Shown piece after piece: positions 51,391-63,175 of a stretch of DNA of 64,000 bases; positions within the stretch are counted from its first letter, which is position 1; every line of letters begins with the position of its first letter. The stretch comes from an uncultured delta proteobacterium. GTDB taxonomy: Bacteria > Myxococcota > Myxococcia > SLRQ01. The DNA lies in the NCBI GenBank assembly GCA_963727485.1, contig CAVSGM010000001.1, forward strand, positions 64,001 through 128,000, written 5' to 3'. The position numbers and the translations under genes were made by a program. The notes beneath the pieces are model-generated. The model was not told the origin of the DNA and made no database searches. It saw only the letters and a list, made by a program, of their open reading frames with translations.

Positions 51391-52022
51391 GCCGCCGGCA
51401 GCGGCCGCAGGAGCACCCGCGCCGGCGCTCCGTCGGCGCCCACCAGGCGCAGGGGCAGGCACACCAGGTCGTAGCCGCCGGCCGGGGCCCCGGTGAGGTC
51501 GAGGCCCTCGAGGATCCACACCCCGGCGTCGAGCAGGGCCTTGTGGATCGCGGTGGGCGACTCGTCGAGCGGGCTCACCGAGAGGCAGTCGATGCCCACC
51601 AGGGCGAGCTTGCGCTCGGCGAGGAAGCGCGCCGCCGAGAGGCTCAGGTGCACCAGCGGCCCGTGCTTCGCCGCCAGGTTGGAGTTGCGGGTGCGCAGGA
51701 GGAGGCGCTCGCCGGGCTGCGGGTCCACCGCCTCCAGGGCCTCCCGGGTCACCCGCGCCGGATCGGTGATCTCCACCACCCGCGCCGGCCCCATCGCCAC
51801 CGAGAGGGGCAGGGCGTCGACGGTGGCGCCCCCGGGGATGAGGTGCGCCGGGGCGTCGACGTGGGTCCCGGCGTGGGTGCCCAGCTTGAGCTGGGACACC
51901 GCCACGGTGCTGCCCCCCTCGGCGCGCTCGAGGCGCTCGAGGGCCACCGGGGGATCCCCCGGCCACCCGACCATGCCGTCGTGGAGCGGAACGGTGACGT
52001 CAATCCAGGTCTCTTCGTGCAT
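51387..52022 (-). CDS. Cyclase family protein (kynurenine formamidase-like)
   Basis: WPGDP, THAGTHVDAPAH, VGIDCLS, ILEGLDL, CLPLRL.GADGAPARV. Confidence 0.93.
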   Translation of the reverse strand: MHEETWIDVTVPLHDGMVGWPGDPPVALERLERAEGGSTVAVSQLKLGTHAGTHVDAPAHLIPGGATVDALPLSVAMGPARVVEITDPARVTREALEAVDPQPGERLLLRTRNSNLAAKHGPLVHLSLSAARFLAERKLALVGIDCLSVSPLDESPTAIHKALLDAGVWILEGLDLTGAPAGGYDLVCLPLRLVGADGAPARVLLRPLPAA

Positions 52023-52121
52023 GGCGCCCCCCGGCTGCGGCGCCGTCGTCGGCGCCAGCCGAAAAGGTGGGGGCTGCGCGCCCGCCAGGCAAGGCGCCCG
52101 GGTCCTCCGGGGCCCCCGCGC

Positions 52122-55100
52122 CTACCGCGCCGCCTCGGCCGCCTGCGCCACCCGGGTCCCGGCCGGCCTCCCACGCGCCGCCGCCAGCTTCCCCATCTGC
52201 ACCGGGAGGTCCTGCCCCTGGGCGGTGTCCACCTTGGCGCAGAACCGCGCCAGGGCCGGGTAGGCGTCGGGCTTCACCCGGACCAGGGCCAGCACCAGGT
52301 CGTCGTGGATCGTCAGGGTGTCCCCCTTGGCCGCCACCGTGCGCTGGTAGTGGCCAAACGGCCCGTCGAGGGTCACCGCCGGCCCGGCGCCCCCGTCAAG
52401 CCGCGTCCCCGGGGGCAGGGTCACGGTGACCTTCATCTGCTGGGTGGTCTCGGTGTCGAGGAGCAGCGGCAGGGTCCGGTCGGCGACGGTGATGAGCTTG
52501 CGCGAGAGCTCGGCGGGGAAGAGGCTCGAGCCCGGGAGCACCATCTGCTTCCCGTCGACCCGGGCCCAGCCGGTGGCCTTGAAGGTGTAGTGGATGGTCA
52601 GCGGCGTCCCCGGCGCCGAGGCCGGGTCGTCTCCGTCGAAGGAGAGCTTCTCCAGGGTCATGCCCCCGAAGCTCTGGGACAGCCCCGACTCCACCACCTG
52701 CTTGCGCCGCGCCGGGTCCACCCGGGAGATGCCCGAGCGCACCATCGCCGCCCCGAAGCCGGTGTAGCGCTCGGAGCCGGTGGCCTCGAGGTCGCCCTTC
52801 GCGTCGACCTTCAGGTGCAGGTCCACCACCTTGGCGTCCAGCTTCCGGGAGGTGCCCGGGGTCTTCACCAGCTCGGTCGGGTGCCCCGGCTCGGCCAGGA
52901 GCAGGGCCCGGCGCCCGGCGTGGACCGGCCGCAGGGTCCCCAGGGGGTTGGTGCGGAGGTTCTGGTCGAGCCAGAGGAAGCGACCGCCGCCAACGTCCAC
53001 CCGGAGCACCGCGTGGGTGTAGAGGCCCGGGGAGGGGAAGCGGTAGGTCGAGGGATCGGCGGCGAACGGCCGGATGAGGGCCACCCGGCTTGTGACCCCC
53101 AGGGCCTTGAGGGCGGCCCGGGTGAGGAGCAGGCGGTTCCCGCGGCCCGAGGCCAGCACCCGCACCGCGTCCTCGTCCACCCGGTTGGAGGGGGTGCGCC
53201 CGGCGATCTTCGCGTCCACCGCCGTGGCCACCGCCAGGGCGACCTTCCGCGGGTCCTTCCGGGCGGCCGGGGACAGCGTCGCCTCCGCCTTGGCGGCGAA
53301 GGCGCGGATCGACGGGGTGATGCGATCGTGGCCGACCAGGAAGTCGCCCCACAGATCCCCGAAAGACTTGGGCCCGGCGCCGGCGCCCACCCGGAACCAG
53401 GGCAGGAACTCGTCGGAGCCGGTCTCGGCGGTCTCGTGCTGGAGGGCCGGCGACCGGCGCCGCTCGTAGCGCCAGGAGAGGGTGTCGCCGTCCTGCTTCA
53501 CCTTGGGCACCTGGCCCAGGTTGTGGGCCTCGACCGTCAGGCCCACCGCCTTGGGCGCCCGGACCTCGTAGGTGGAGTCCCACAGGGGCATGTCGAAGAC
53601 CTGCACGTACCAGGGCTGCTCGGCCCAGCCGGGGAGCTGGGGCGCCCGGGGCCCGTTCATCTGCAGGTAGTCGGAGACCACGAAGTCGCCGGCCTCGAGG
53701 TTGGGCATGGAGACCTGGCGCTTGCCGGCCACGTCCTCGGGGCGGAGGATCCGCCCGTCGGCCTTGCGCACGTAGAGGTCGAGGAGCTGCGCCCCCTCGG
53801 GGACGGTGGTCTCGCCGTTGTTGTCGATGCCCTTCTTGGTGAGGACCTGGGTGACGGACTGGATGCGCTCCAGCCACACCGGCTGGGTCGGGTCCTCGGC
53901 GAAGGCCTGCACCGCCGCGTGGTCCACCACCGCCACCTGGTCGGCGCCGGGGTGGGCCTCGCCCTCCTTCTGGTAGGCGGCGATGAGCCCCGGGAGGTCG
54001 AGGCCGCCCCAGGTCATCAGGTCGTGGCCGTCCTGGAAGGCGAGCGACCGGCGCAGGGAGAGATCCCCGGGGGCGAGGTGGAGGGCCGCCTCGCGCCAGG
54101 TGCGGGCCGCCTTGGGGTCCCCGGCGTCGGCGTAGATCCGGCCGAGCTGCTCGGCGAGGCTCTCCACCCGGGGCCACACCGCCAGCGCCCGCTTCAGGGC
54201 GGCCTCGGCGGCGGGGTAGTGCCGCTGCTCATCCTCGAGCTGGGCCAGGCGCATCGCCGGGCGCAGGCGGGTGGGGTGGAGGGCGGCCACCCGGGCATAG
54301 GCCTTGCTGGCCGCCGCGAGGTCCCCGCGGGTGGCGCGCAGGTCGGCCCAGCCCAGCAGCCCCTGGACCCCGCAGGGCTTGATCGTGATCGCCGCGGCGT
54401 CGGTCCCGCCGATGTCGCCGTCGTCGCTGCGGGCCTGGTAGACCTGCTCCCGGAGGGCGCAGGAGCGGGGGCGGGCCCGGAGGCCCTGCTCCAGGGCCTC
54501 GCGCGCCAGGACCGGGAGCTTCTGGGCCTGGTCGAGGCGGGCCCGGGCGATGAAGAGCATGGGCGCGGTGGGCGCGAGCGCCGCCACCTCGGCGAGGCGG
54601 GTGCGCGCGTCGCCGAAGCGCGACTGGGAGATGGCGATGTGGGCCAGAAGCAGCCGGGCCCGGGCCTCCTCGGGGCTGGCCTTGGCGGCGGCCTCGGCGG
54701 CGTTGGCGGCCCGACCGGCGCGCAGGTCCCGGGGGAGGCTCCGGTCGCGCTCGTCGACCCGGGCCTCGAGGTACCGGGCCCAGGCGAACTTCGGCGCCGA
54801 CTTCAGGGTCGCGGCGAGGGCAACCTTGGCCTCGGGGACGTCGTCGGCGAGGCGGAGCTCGGCGGTGAGCCACCCGGCGAGGGCGTCGGTGGGATCGGCC
54901 CGGCGCTGGTCGGCGAGCCACGCGGCCAGCCCCGCCGGGGCCGGCGTCACCGCCACCGAGGGGCGCTTGGGATCCTTGGCCCAGGGCGCCGGCGCCTCGG
55001 CCGCCGCCAGGGTGTGGGCCGTGTCCCAGGTGACCTGCGCCGGGTGACCCGCGGGGTCGAGGAGGGCGATCTGGAGGTCGCCGAAGCCCTGGCCGTGGAC

Positions 55101-56059
55101 CAGGCGCACCATGACCCGGTGGGTGCCCCCGGAGAGGGCGAGGCCCACGTACCCGGCGCTCGCCGGGTCCTCGCGGACGGCGTCCCGGTGGAGGACCCGC
55201 ACCCCGTCGACGTAGAGGGCCACCGTGGCGCCGCTCTGCCACCGCAGGACGTAGTCCCCGGGCGCCTTCACCGTCAGGTCGCTCATGGCGAAGTAGACGT
55301 CGCCCCCCGGGGGCTCGCCCGAGAGGTCGAGGAGGCCCGAGGGGGCGGGGTGGCGCCGGGGCGTAAGCGGCCCGAGGGGACCCTGGGCGTGGGCGGCGAG
55401 GTGGCCGGTCTTCTGGGGGGGAACACGGTGTCGAGGTCGAGGCTGGTGAACCGGGAGTAGGGGCCCTCGAGCTCCCAGGCCGGCGGCCCCCCGGCGGCGT
55501 CGGCGATCTTCCGGGCGCCCTCGAGGTCGCCCTCGCGGCCGAGGAGCCGGGCGAGGACGTCCCGGGCCTCGGCCCGGACCCGGGGGCGGACCCCGTCCTC
55601 GGTGAGGAGCTTCTCCAGGGTGCGCCGGGCGTCGGCGTCGACCCCGGCGTCGGTGCCCAGGGCGTCGGGGAGCCAGCGGATGGCCAGCTCGGCGAGGGGG
55701 TCGCCCGGGGCCCGGTCGAGGATGGCGAGCTCGGCCCGGGCGGCGCCGTCGACGTCGAGGCGGGCCCGGTCGGCGGCGGCCAGCCCCAGCCAGGCGAGCG
55801 GCGCCTTGGGGTCCCGGGCGATGGCGGCCTTCCACCTGCGGGTGGCGGTGGCGAGGTCGTGGCCCCGGATCAGGGCCACCCACCCGGCCCGGGCCACGGC
55901 CTCGGGGGCGGCGCCGGGGTCGGCGGCCACCGAGGTGGCCCGGGCGAGGGCGCTTTGGGCGGGGACGTTCGTGCCCAGGAGGCTGTGGCCGGCACCGGTG
56001 GTGACGCAGCCGGCAGAGCCCAGGGCGAGGAGGAGCGCGAAGGCAAGGAGGCGTCGCAT
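52122..56059 (-). CDS. TPR + DUF3857 + degenerate transglutaminase-like lipoprotein (apparent 1-nt deletion in the G run at 55415-55421)
   Basis: MRRLLAFALLLALGSAG-C lipobox in the 55283..59941 frame, joining the 52122..55883 frame at TVFPP/QKT; VRKADG and MPNLEAGDFV DUF3857-like motifs; HAVL..WLD present but no catalytic Cys. Confidence 0.75.
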
Positions 56060-56073
56060 GGGGGTGTCCTGGA

Positions 56074-59000
56074 TCAACGGGCGGCGGGGGGGGCGGCGTC
56101 GGCGGTGCGGGCGGGGACCAGGACCACCTTGCTCGCCTCGGCGCGGTCGAGGGTGCCGAGGAAGTGCCGGAAGGCGGGGTAGTCCTTGACCTTCACCCGG
56201 TTCACCGAGAGCACCACCGTGCCCGTGGCCACCAGGCCGTCCGGGGTGCGCTTCCAGTCGATGGCGAAGTGGCCGAAGGGGCTCTGGCTCGACGTCGACG
56301 CGGGCAGCCCGTTGACGGTCCACCCGGCGGGGAGCTTCACCGTGTAGCTGAAGCGGCTCTCGAAGGGGTAGCCGATGATGAGGTCGTAGTGGCGGGAGGA
56401 CAGGGCCGCGTAGCGCTCGGTGTAGGTGCGCCCGCCGCCGAAGGGGGTGAACACGAAGTCCCCGCCGGTGGGCGTCGCCAGCCGGGGGATCTTCAGGGAG
56501 AACTCGGCGGTGACCGGCTTCTCCAGGTCCTCGAGGTCCGGCATCGAGAGCTGGGTCACCTTGGCGCCGGGGAAGCTCCCGGACCAGCTCTGCTCGAAGA
56601 GCGTGCGCCGCTGGTCCAAAGCCTGGTAGGCCTGCCGATAGCCGTAGGCGCCGTTGCCCTGGATCGCGTAGGTGCCGCTCGCCACCGCGTTGCCCTGGGG
56701 GTCGAGGGTGAAGGTGATCTGCGTCGAGGAGTGGTTCGCCTGCGGGCCCACGAAGGGGATGGTGCCCAGGTGCGAGGCCCCGGGATCCCGCGGGTCGACC
56801 ACCAGCACCGTGGCCCCCCGGTCCATGGACGGAAGCTCCTTCGTGCCCGCCATCTCCGCGGTGCCGTCGAGGAAGGTCTTGAGGCCGGGGACGTAGAGGA
56901 TGGCGTGGTTGAACACCGCGAGCGACGCGGGGTGGGGCGGCAGCGAGCCCAGGTCCCGGGTGCGCACGATCACCGGGTCGGAGTGGATCCCGATGGCCTT
57001 GAGCAGGGCGTACATCAGCGACGCCTTGTCCTTGCAGTCGCCGAAGCGCCGCTGGTCGATCTGGTCCACCCGGTAGGGCTTGAAGCCGTGGATCCCGAAC
57101 TCCAGGGCCACGTAGCGGGTCTTGGTGACCACGTAGTGGTAGACGGCGGTGACCCGGGCCCGGAGGTCGTCCTTGGGGATCCCCTCGACCAGGCTCTGGG
57201 CGAGCTTGACCAGGTCCGGGGTGGGGACGAGCTGGTCCTTGATCAGCCCCCACCACCACCTGGCCACCTGGCCGTAGTCCTCGTAGGTGGTGATGTGGAG
57301 GTAGGGCGCGACCTCGGTCCACCCGGGCATCCGCGCCTCGGGGACGATGGCGGGGACGTCGTGGGCCTGCCACCGCAGCACCTGGGCGCCGGTGGGGGTC
57401 TTGTCCACCTGGTGGGTGAGGCCGGCGAGCCTGGGCTGGTTGAAGTAGAAGGTGCGCCCCGGGGGGCCGATGAGCACGTACTGCTCGTGGCGGATGGGGC
57501 TGGTGTCCTGGAGGAAGTCGAGGTCGCCGAAGTAGTCGCCGAACATGTTGGCGGCGGCGACGTCGTCGACCCGATAGCTGACCTCCACCGTGTCCCCCAC
57601 GTGGACGTCGGGGAAGGCGATGATCCGCGCCCGGAGGTCGTACCAGGTCTGGTACCAGGGCTCGGAGAGGTTGCGCTCCCCCTCGCTGCGCGCCTGGACC
57701 ACGGTGCCGTCGGGCTTCATCACCCGGGCCTGGAGCACCCGCAGCTCCTGGTCGCCGGGGGTGTAGCTCACCGAGTAGCTGCGCAGCTGGTCGACCCCGC
57801 GCTGGGTGATGGCCTTGCGGATCACCTGGACGATGCGGCTCTCGAGGCCGTTGGGGTGGACCCGGACCACCGTGAGGTCCTCGAGGGTCCAGACGTCGGC
57901 GTTCGCCGGCGCCTTGGCGGTGGCGGTGGCCTTGGCCACCTGGGCGAGGTCGGCGCGGTAGGGCTCGGCGAAGTCGGCGACCTTCTTCTCCAGGGTGTGG
58001 CGCAGGGTGGAGATGTCCGTGTCCTGGGGGCGGAGCGTCGCCGCCCGCTTCAGGTCGGCGAGCGCCGCCTCCCGGTGCCCGTGGCGCAGGTAGCTGCGGG
58101 CGCGGCCGAAGTAGACCCCGGCGTTGTCCGGGGCCACGGCCAGGGCCCGGGCGAAGACCTTGTTCGCCGCCTGGGGCTTGCCGTTGGCCGAGAGGAGGTC
58201 GGCGAGGCGCAGGTAGGGGTAGAGGTTCGCCGGGTCGAAGTCCCGGAGGGCCTCGAGCTGGTCCACCGCCCCGTCGAGGTGGCCCTGGCGGAGCATCAGG
58301 CTCATCAGGGCGTTGTGCAGCCGGGGATCGGCGGGATAGAGGGCGGTGGCCACCCGCAGGTGGGCGCAGGGCGGCGTCGAGGCGGTCGTGGGAGCGGTCG
58401 ACCGAGGCGGCCGCCTGGAGGACCTTGGCGTCGAGGGGGAAGCGCGCGAGGAGCGAGCGGATCCGCTGCTCCCGGTCCTCGGCGAAGCCGGCGTCGCCCT
58501 CGGCCCGGGCGGCGAGGAGCTGGGCCTGGACGTCGTCGGGGTGGACGTGGATCGCCAGGCGCAGGCGCGCCAGGGCCTTGCGCGGGTAGCCCTGCTGGAG
58601 GTCGAGGGCCGCAAGCGAGACCCCGGCCTCGGAGTGGGGATCGCGGGCGACCGCCCGCTCCAGGGCCAGGCGGCGGCGGTTGGCGTCGTTCTCGTAGGCG
58701 GCCACCAGGAGGGGGTAGCGGGCCGAGGCCGGGTCCTTGGGATCGGCCGCGGCCTCGGCGGCCTTGGCCTCGGCGAGGTCCTTGCGGTCGGTGCGGTCGA
58801 AGGGGAAGAAGTGGTGGAGGGCCTCGGCGGCGTCCCCGAGGTCCGCGGCGTCCCGGGGGTGGGCCTTGGCCCGGGCGAGGAGCTGGTCGAGGACCCGCTT
58901 GGGGGTGGGCGCGGTCACCGGGTGGCGCCGGGTCCTGGCCTTGGCGGGGGGCTCGGCCGCGGCCACGGTGGCGCTGTGCTTCTCGGCCTCGGGGCCCGCC

Positions 59001-59929
59001 TTGGCGGCGGCCTGCGCCGCCGCGGTGCCCCGGTCGAGGTCGGTCTTGGGATCGACGACCGTGACCCCCCGGAGGCGGTTGCCGTCGGCGTCGGTGATCC
59101 GGAGGTAGTAGCCCAGCATCCCCTGCTGCTGGGTGATCTTGAGGAGCACCGGGTTGTCGCCGGCGTGGAGGACCACCGGGACCGCCGCCTGGTCGAAGCG
59201 GGGCGGGTGGTCGCCGGGGTCGGCGTGGACCGGCTTGCCGTCGACCCAGACCTTGGTGGCCCCGGGGGTGCCCAGGCGCAGGACCGCGCCCAGGTCCTTG
59301 GGGGCCTCGAGGACCACCCGGACGTAGAGCGCCACCTGGCTGCTCGGGCTCACCAGGGACGAGAGGTCGACGTAGCCGAGGGGGAAGACCTTCGGCAGCA
59401 CCCGCCAGCGCACCGGCCAATCCTTGCCGGCGACCGCCTCCGCCGCGTCGGGGCCCTCACCGGCGAGGGCGGCCTTCTCCGGGGGCAGGACCTGGTCGTA
59501 GGCGGCGCCGTTGTCGTTGGGGAACGGGCCCACCATCAGCCCTGTGGTCACGAGCCCCAGGCTGCGGACCCAGCGCTCGGCCCGGGGCCGCCGCCCCCGG
59601 CGCCACTCGACCTCGGCCAGGCAGAGCCGGGCGTAGGCGCGGACCTCCCCCTCGGCCCGGCGGCTCAGGGCCGCCCGGCGCAGGACCTGGGCCAGCCGGG
59701 GCAGGCGGGTCACCTGGTCGATGAGGCCGTGGAGGTGGACCAGGTCGACCATCGCCTGGGCGTCGCCGAGGTGGGCCTCGAGGTCCTGGGCGAGGGTCTC
59801 GATCCGCGCGTCGGCCCGGGTCGGGGGCTCGGCGGCCTTCGGGGCGGCGCCCGAGGGAGCGGCCCCCAGGAGGCCCGGGAGGGCGAGGAGGAGGACGAGG
59901 GCCATCTGGGGACGGGAGCGTGGGGTCAT
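56074..59929 (-). CDS. Exported TPR + DUF3857 + transglutaminase-like protein (apparent +1 frameshift at ~58365)
   Basis: Signal peptide; ARV.KPDG, FPDVHVGDTVE.SY, RYVALEFG...FKP, GDCKDKA, FNHAI, FLDGT triad. Alternative start at 59941. Confidence 0.85.
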
Positions 59930-59999
59930 TCGCGTAACCATGCCAAAAGGAGTGCTTGGATTACAGGCGGAAGGGGCCGCTCATTTCCCAAGTGGCGCG

Positions 60000-60027
60000 A
60001 CTGACCAATTGAACTAATCTGGTCAGT
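60000..60027 (+). promoter_or_regulatory. Probable TetR operator overlapping a leaderless promoter
   Basis: ACTGACCA-N12-TGGTCAGT perfect inverted repeat ending at the base before the tetR ATG; TAATCT -10 at 60015-60020. Confidence 0.75.
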
Positions 60028-60696
60028 ATGAGCAAGCCCCGGTACGCGGACCTCGAGGCCCTCTTCGACGCCTTCGACGGCACCGGGGACCTCGATGAGC
60101 CTAGGGCCGAGAAGCGGCGGCGCATCCTCACCGCCGCGAGCCGCCGCTTCCTCGACCAGGGCTACCGGAAGACCACGGTGGAGGAGGTCGCCGAGGACGC
60201 CGGGGTGGCCAAGGGCACCGTCTACCTCTACTTCCCCTCCAAGGCCGACCTGCTGATCCACGCGGTGGCCGAGGAGAAGCGGACCTACGTCCTCGCCCTC
60301 GCCCCGGTCCTCACCGCCCAGATGCCCGCCCCCGAGCGCCTGCGCACCTGGATCCGGGTGGGCCTCGGCCTCGCCGAGCAGATGCCGCTCACCGCCCGCC
60401 TCCTCCGGGGGGACCGGGAGATCCTGGCGGTGGTCCACGACCTCGGAGACGCCTGGAGCCAGATGGTCGACACCCAGCTCGAGGTGGTCGCCGAGCTCCT
60501 CGGCGAGGCGGCGCCCCACCTCCGCCGCCACCGGGCCCGGCTCCTGGAGCGCACCCGGATCCTCATGGGCCTCCTCTTCGCCGCCGCCCTCACCCCCGAC
60601 GCCCGCCTCCGGGGGGGCCTCGATCCCGAGCGCTGGGCCGACGGCCTCTCGCACCTCATCGTCGACGGCATCCTCGCCAAGGAGGGGACCCGATGA
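60028..60696 (+). CDS. TetR/AcrR-family regulator
   Basis: ILTAA...F..QGY..TTVEEVA..AGVAKGTVYLYFPSK.DL. Confidence 0.95.
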   Translation: MSKPRYADLEALFDAFDGTGDLDEPRAEKRRRILTAASRRFLDQGYRKTTVEEVAEDAGVAKGTVYLYFPSKADLLIHAVAEEKRTYVLALAPVLTAQMPAPERLRTWIRVGLGLAEQMPLTARLLRGDREILAVVHDLGDAWSQMVDTQLEVVAELLGEAAPHLRRHRARLLERTRILMGLLFAAALTPDARLRGGLDPERWADGLSHLIVDGILAKEGTR

Positions 60697-61907
60697 ACGT
60701 GTTCCGCATGGCCTGGCGCAACGTCTGGCGCAACCGCCGCAGGAGCCTGGTGACCATCGGCGCCATGACCCTCTCGCTCTTCGTCATGGTCCTCTACTCG
60801 GGCCTGGTCCAGGGGATGCTGGTGACCATGCAGGCCGACGTGGTCAACCTCGAGGTCGGGGACATCCAGGTCTTCGCCCCCGGCTACCTCGACCGGCCCT
60901 CGCTGTTCACCCGCATCTCGCAGGTCGGGCCCCTGCTCACCCGCCTCGACCAGGCGGGCTTCGCCGCCGCCCCGCGCCTCCTCGCCGGGGCGCTCGCCGC
61001 CCACGGGGAGCAGAGCGCCGGGGTGCAGCTGCGGGGCATCGACCCGGGGCGCGACCGGACGGTGAGCCAGATCTGGGATCACGTCACCCGGGGCAAGTGG
61101 GTGGCCGACGCGGACCCCAGGGGCGTGGTCATCGGCGGGCGGCTGGCCAAGACCCTGGGGGTGAAGGTCGGCGGCGAGCTCATCCTCCTCGGCCAGGCCG
61201 CCGACGGGAGCCTCGCCAACGACCTCTTCCACGTCCGCGGCATCCTGGGGACCATCTCCGACGCCACCGATCGCGCCGCGGTCTTCGTCCCCGAGCCCGA
61301 GCTCCGGGGCTTCCTCGCCATCCCCCACGGGGTGCACCAGCTCCTCGTCCGCTCCCCGGCGGGGATGCCGCTGAAGGCCGCCACCGCCGAGGCGGCGCGC
61401 CTGGCCAAGGGCGAGACGGTGCGCTCCTGGCGCCAGCTCATGCCCACCGTGGCCTCGATGATCGACTCGGCCAAGGGGACGGTGCAGATCGTCTCCCTGG
61501 TGGTCTACCTGGCGGTGGCCATCCTCATCCTCAACGCCATGCTCATGGCGGTCTTCGAGCGCATCCGCGAGTTCGGGGTCCTCAAGGCCATCGGCGCCGG
61601 CCCCGGGCGGGTGCTCTCGCTCATCCTCCTGGAGAGCGCCGCCCAGGTGGCCATCGCGGTGGGGGTGGGCCTGGCGCTCGCGGTCCCGGGGATGTGGTTC
61701 CTTGCCACCCACGGCCTCGATCTCGGGGCCATGGGCGGCCTCTCCGCCATGGGCGTGGCCATGCCCACGGTGTGGCGGGGGGTCTACGACGGCGCATCGG
61801 TGTCGGGTCCGGTGGTGACCCTCGCCGTCCTCGCCCTCCTGGCGGTGCTCTACCCGGCCCTCAAGGCCGCCTGGGTGAGCCCGTTGAAGGCGATGCATCA
61901 CCACTGA
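60693..61907 (+). CDS. ABC transporter permease, MacB/FtsX/LolC-E family
   Basis: AWRNVWRNRRRS, periplasmic domain, NAMLMAVFERIREFG.LKAIG, YPALKAA. Confidence 0.92.
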   Translation: MNVFRMAWRNVWRNRRRSLVTIGAMTLSLFVMVLYSGLVQGMLVTMQADVVNLEVGDIQVFAPGYLDRPSLFTRISQVGPLLTRLDQAGFAAAPRLLAGALAAHGEQSAGVQLRGIDPGRDRTVSQIWDHVTRGKWVADADPRGVVIGGRLAKTLGVKVGGELILLGQAADGSLANDLFHVRGILGTISDATDRAAVFVPEPELRGFLAIPHGVHQLLVRSPAGMPLKAATAEAARLAKGETVRSWRQLMPTVASMIDSAKGTVQIVSLVVYLAVAILILNAMLMAVFERIREFGVLKAIGAGPGRVLSLILLESAAQVAIAVGVGLALAVPGMWFLATHGLDLGAMGGLSAMGVAMPTVWRGVYDGASVSGPVVTLAVLALLAVLYPALKAAWVSPLKAMHHH

Positions 61908-61919
61908 CCGGAGGCGGCC

Positions 61920-63167
61920 ATGCGCGGACCCAAGCTCTTCCAGATCGCCTGGCGCAACCTGTGGCGCAACAAGCGCCGGACGGCGCTCACCCTCCTGGCC
62001 ATCGCCTTCGGCGGGAGCCTCTCGGTGCTGGTGACGGCGATGGAGGACAAGAGCTTCGGCGACTTCATCGACACCGCCGCGCGTCTCGGCGGCGGCCACG
62101 TGACCCTGGAGAACCCCGCCTACGCCGACGCCCCCACCTTCGCCAACGGCCTGAAGGGCACCGACCGGGCGATGGCGGTGGCCCGGAAGGACCCCCTGGT
62201 GGCCCACGTGGTCCAGCGGGTCAGCGGCCAGGCGATGATCTCCACCGCCCGGGAGAGCCTGGGGGTGATGTTCATCGCCTACGATCCGGCCACCGAGTCC
62301 CCGAAGACCTTCTCGCTCCTCGACGGGAAGGTGACGGGCCGGTGGCTGAAGCCCGGCGACACCCAGGCGACGGTGCTGGGCAGCCGGCTGGCCCACAACC
62401 TCGACGTGGGGCTCGGGGACAAGGTCGTCTACACCCTCACCGACGCCCACGGGCAGATCGTCACCGCCCTGGCCCGGGTCGCGGGGATCGTCCACACCGG
62501 CACCCCCAGCCTCGACGCCGGCCTGGCGCTGCTGCCCCTCGGGGCCGCCCAGACCCTCCTCGGCTACGGCCCGGACGAGGCGACGCTGGTGGCGGTCTTC
62601 CTCCGGGACGCCCGGCGGGCCCCGGTGGTGGCCGGCCGGCTGGGCCGGGCCCTCGGCCCCTCGGTGGCCTCGCTCACCTGGGACGAGGTGCGCCCCGAGC
62701 TCCGGGCGATGATCGCCATGAAGGTCGGCGGCGCCCGGTTCATGGAGGTGCTGGTGATGCTCCTGGTCGCCGCCGGGATCTTCAACACCCTCTTCGTCTC
62801 GGTGACCGAGCGGATGCGCGAGTTCGGGATCCTGCTGGCCATCGGCTACCAGCCCTTCCAGGTGTTCCGGATGGTGGTGTGGGAGAGCCTGTGGCTGGGG
62901 CTCACCGGCCTGGTGGTGGGCACCGCGCTCACCGCCTGGCCCTACTGGCACCTCCACACCGTGGGGGTGGACATGTCGAAGGCCATGGGCGGGGCGAGCA
63001 CCGAGGTGGGCGGGGTCGGCTTCAACCCGATCCTCCACTTCGCCATCTACCCCGAGCACCTGGCCCTGATCCTGGTGGCCGTCATCGGCGCCACCCTCCT
63101 CGCCGGGCTCTACCCGGCCTGGCGCGCCGGGCGCGTGGACCCGGTCGACGTCATCAAGCTGGTGTGA
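61920..63167 (+). CDS. ABC transporter permease, MacB/FtsX/LolC-E family
   Basis: AWRNLWRNKRRT, NTLFVSVTERMREFG.LLAIG, YPAWRA. Confidence 0.92.
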   Translation: MRGPKLFQIAWRNLWRNKRRTALTLLAIAFGGSLSVLVTAMEDKSFGDFIDTAARLGGGHVTLENPAYADAPTFANGLKGTDRAMAVARKDPLVAHVVQRVSGQAMISTARESLGVMFIAYDPATESPKTFSLLDGKVTGRWLKPGDTQATVLGSRLAHNLDVGLGDKVVYTLTDAHGQIVTALARVAGIVHTGTPSLDAGLALLPLGAAQTLLGYGPDEATLVAVFLRDARRAPVVAGRLGRALGPSVASLTWDEVRPELRAMIAMKVGGARFMEVLVMLLVAAGIFNTLFVSVTERMREFGILLAIGYQPFQVFRMVVWESLWLGLTGLVVGTALTAWPYWHLHTVGVDMSKAMGGASTEVGGVGFNPILHFAIYPEHLALILVAVIGATLLAGLYPAWRAGRVDPVDVIKLV

Positions 63168-63175
63168 GGTCCGCC

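Noticed and set aside
55283..59941. Single 1552-aa protein
   Set aside because: Chimera of the N-termini of two genes joined by out-of-frame sequence after the ~58365 frameshift.
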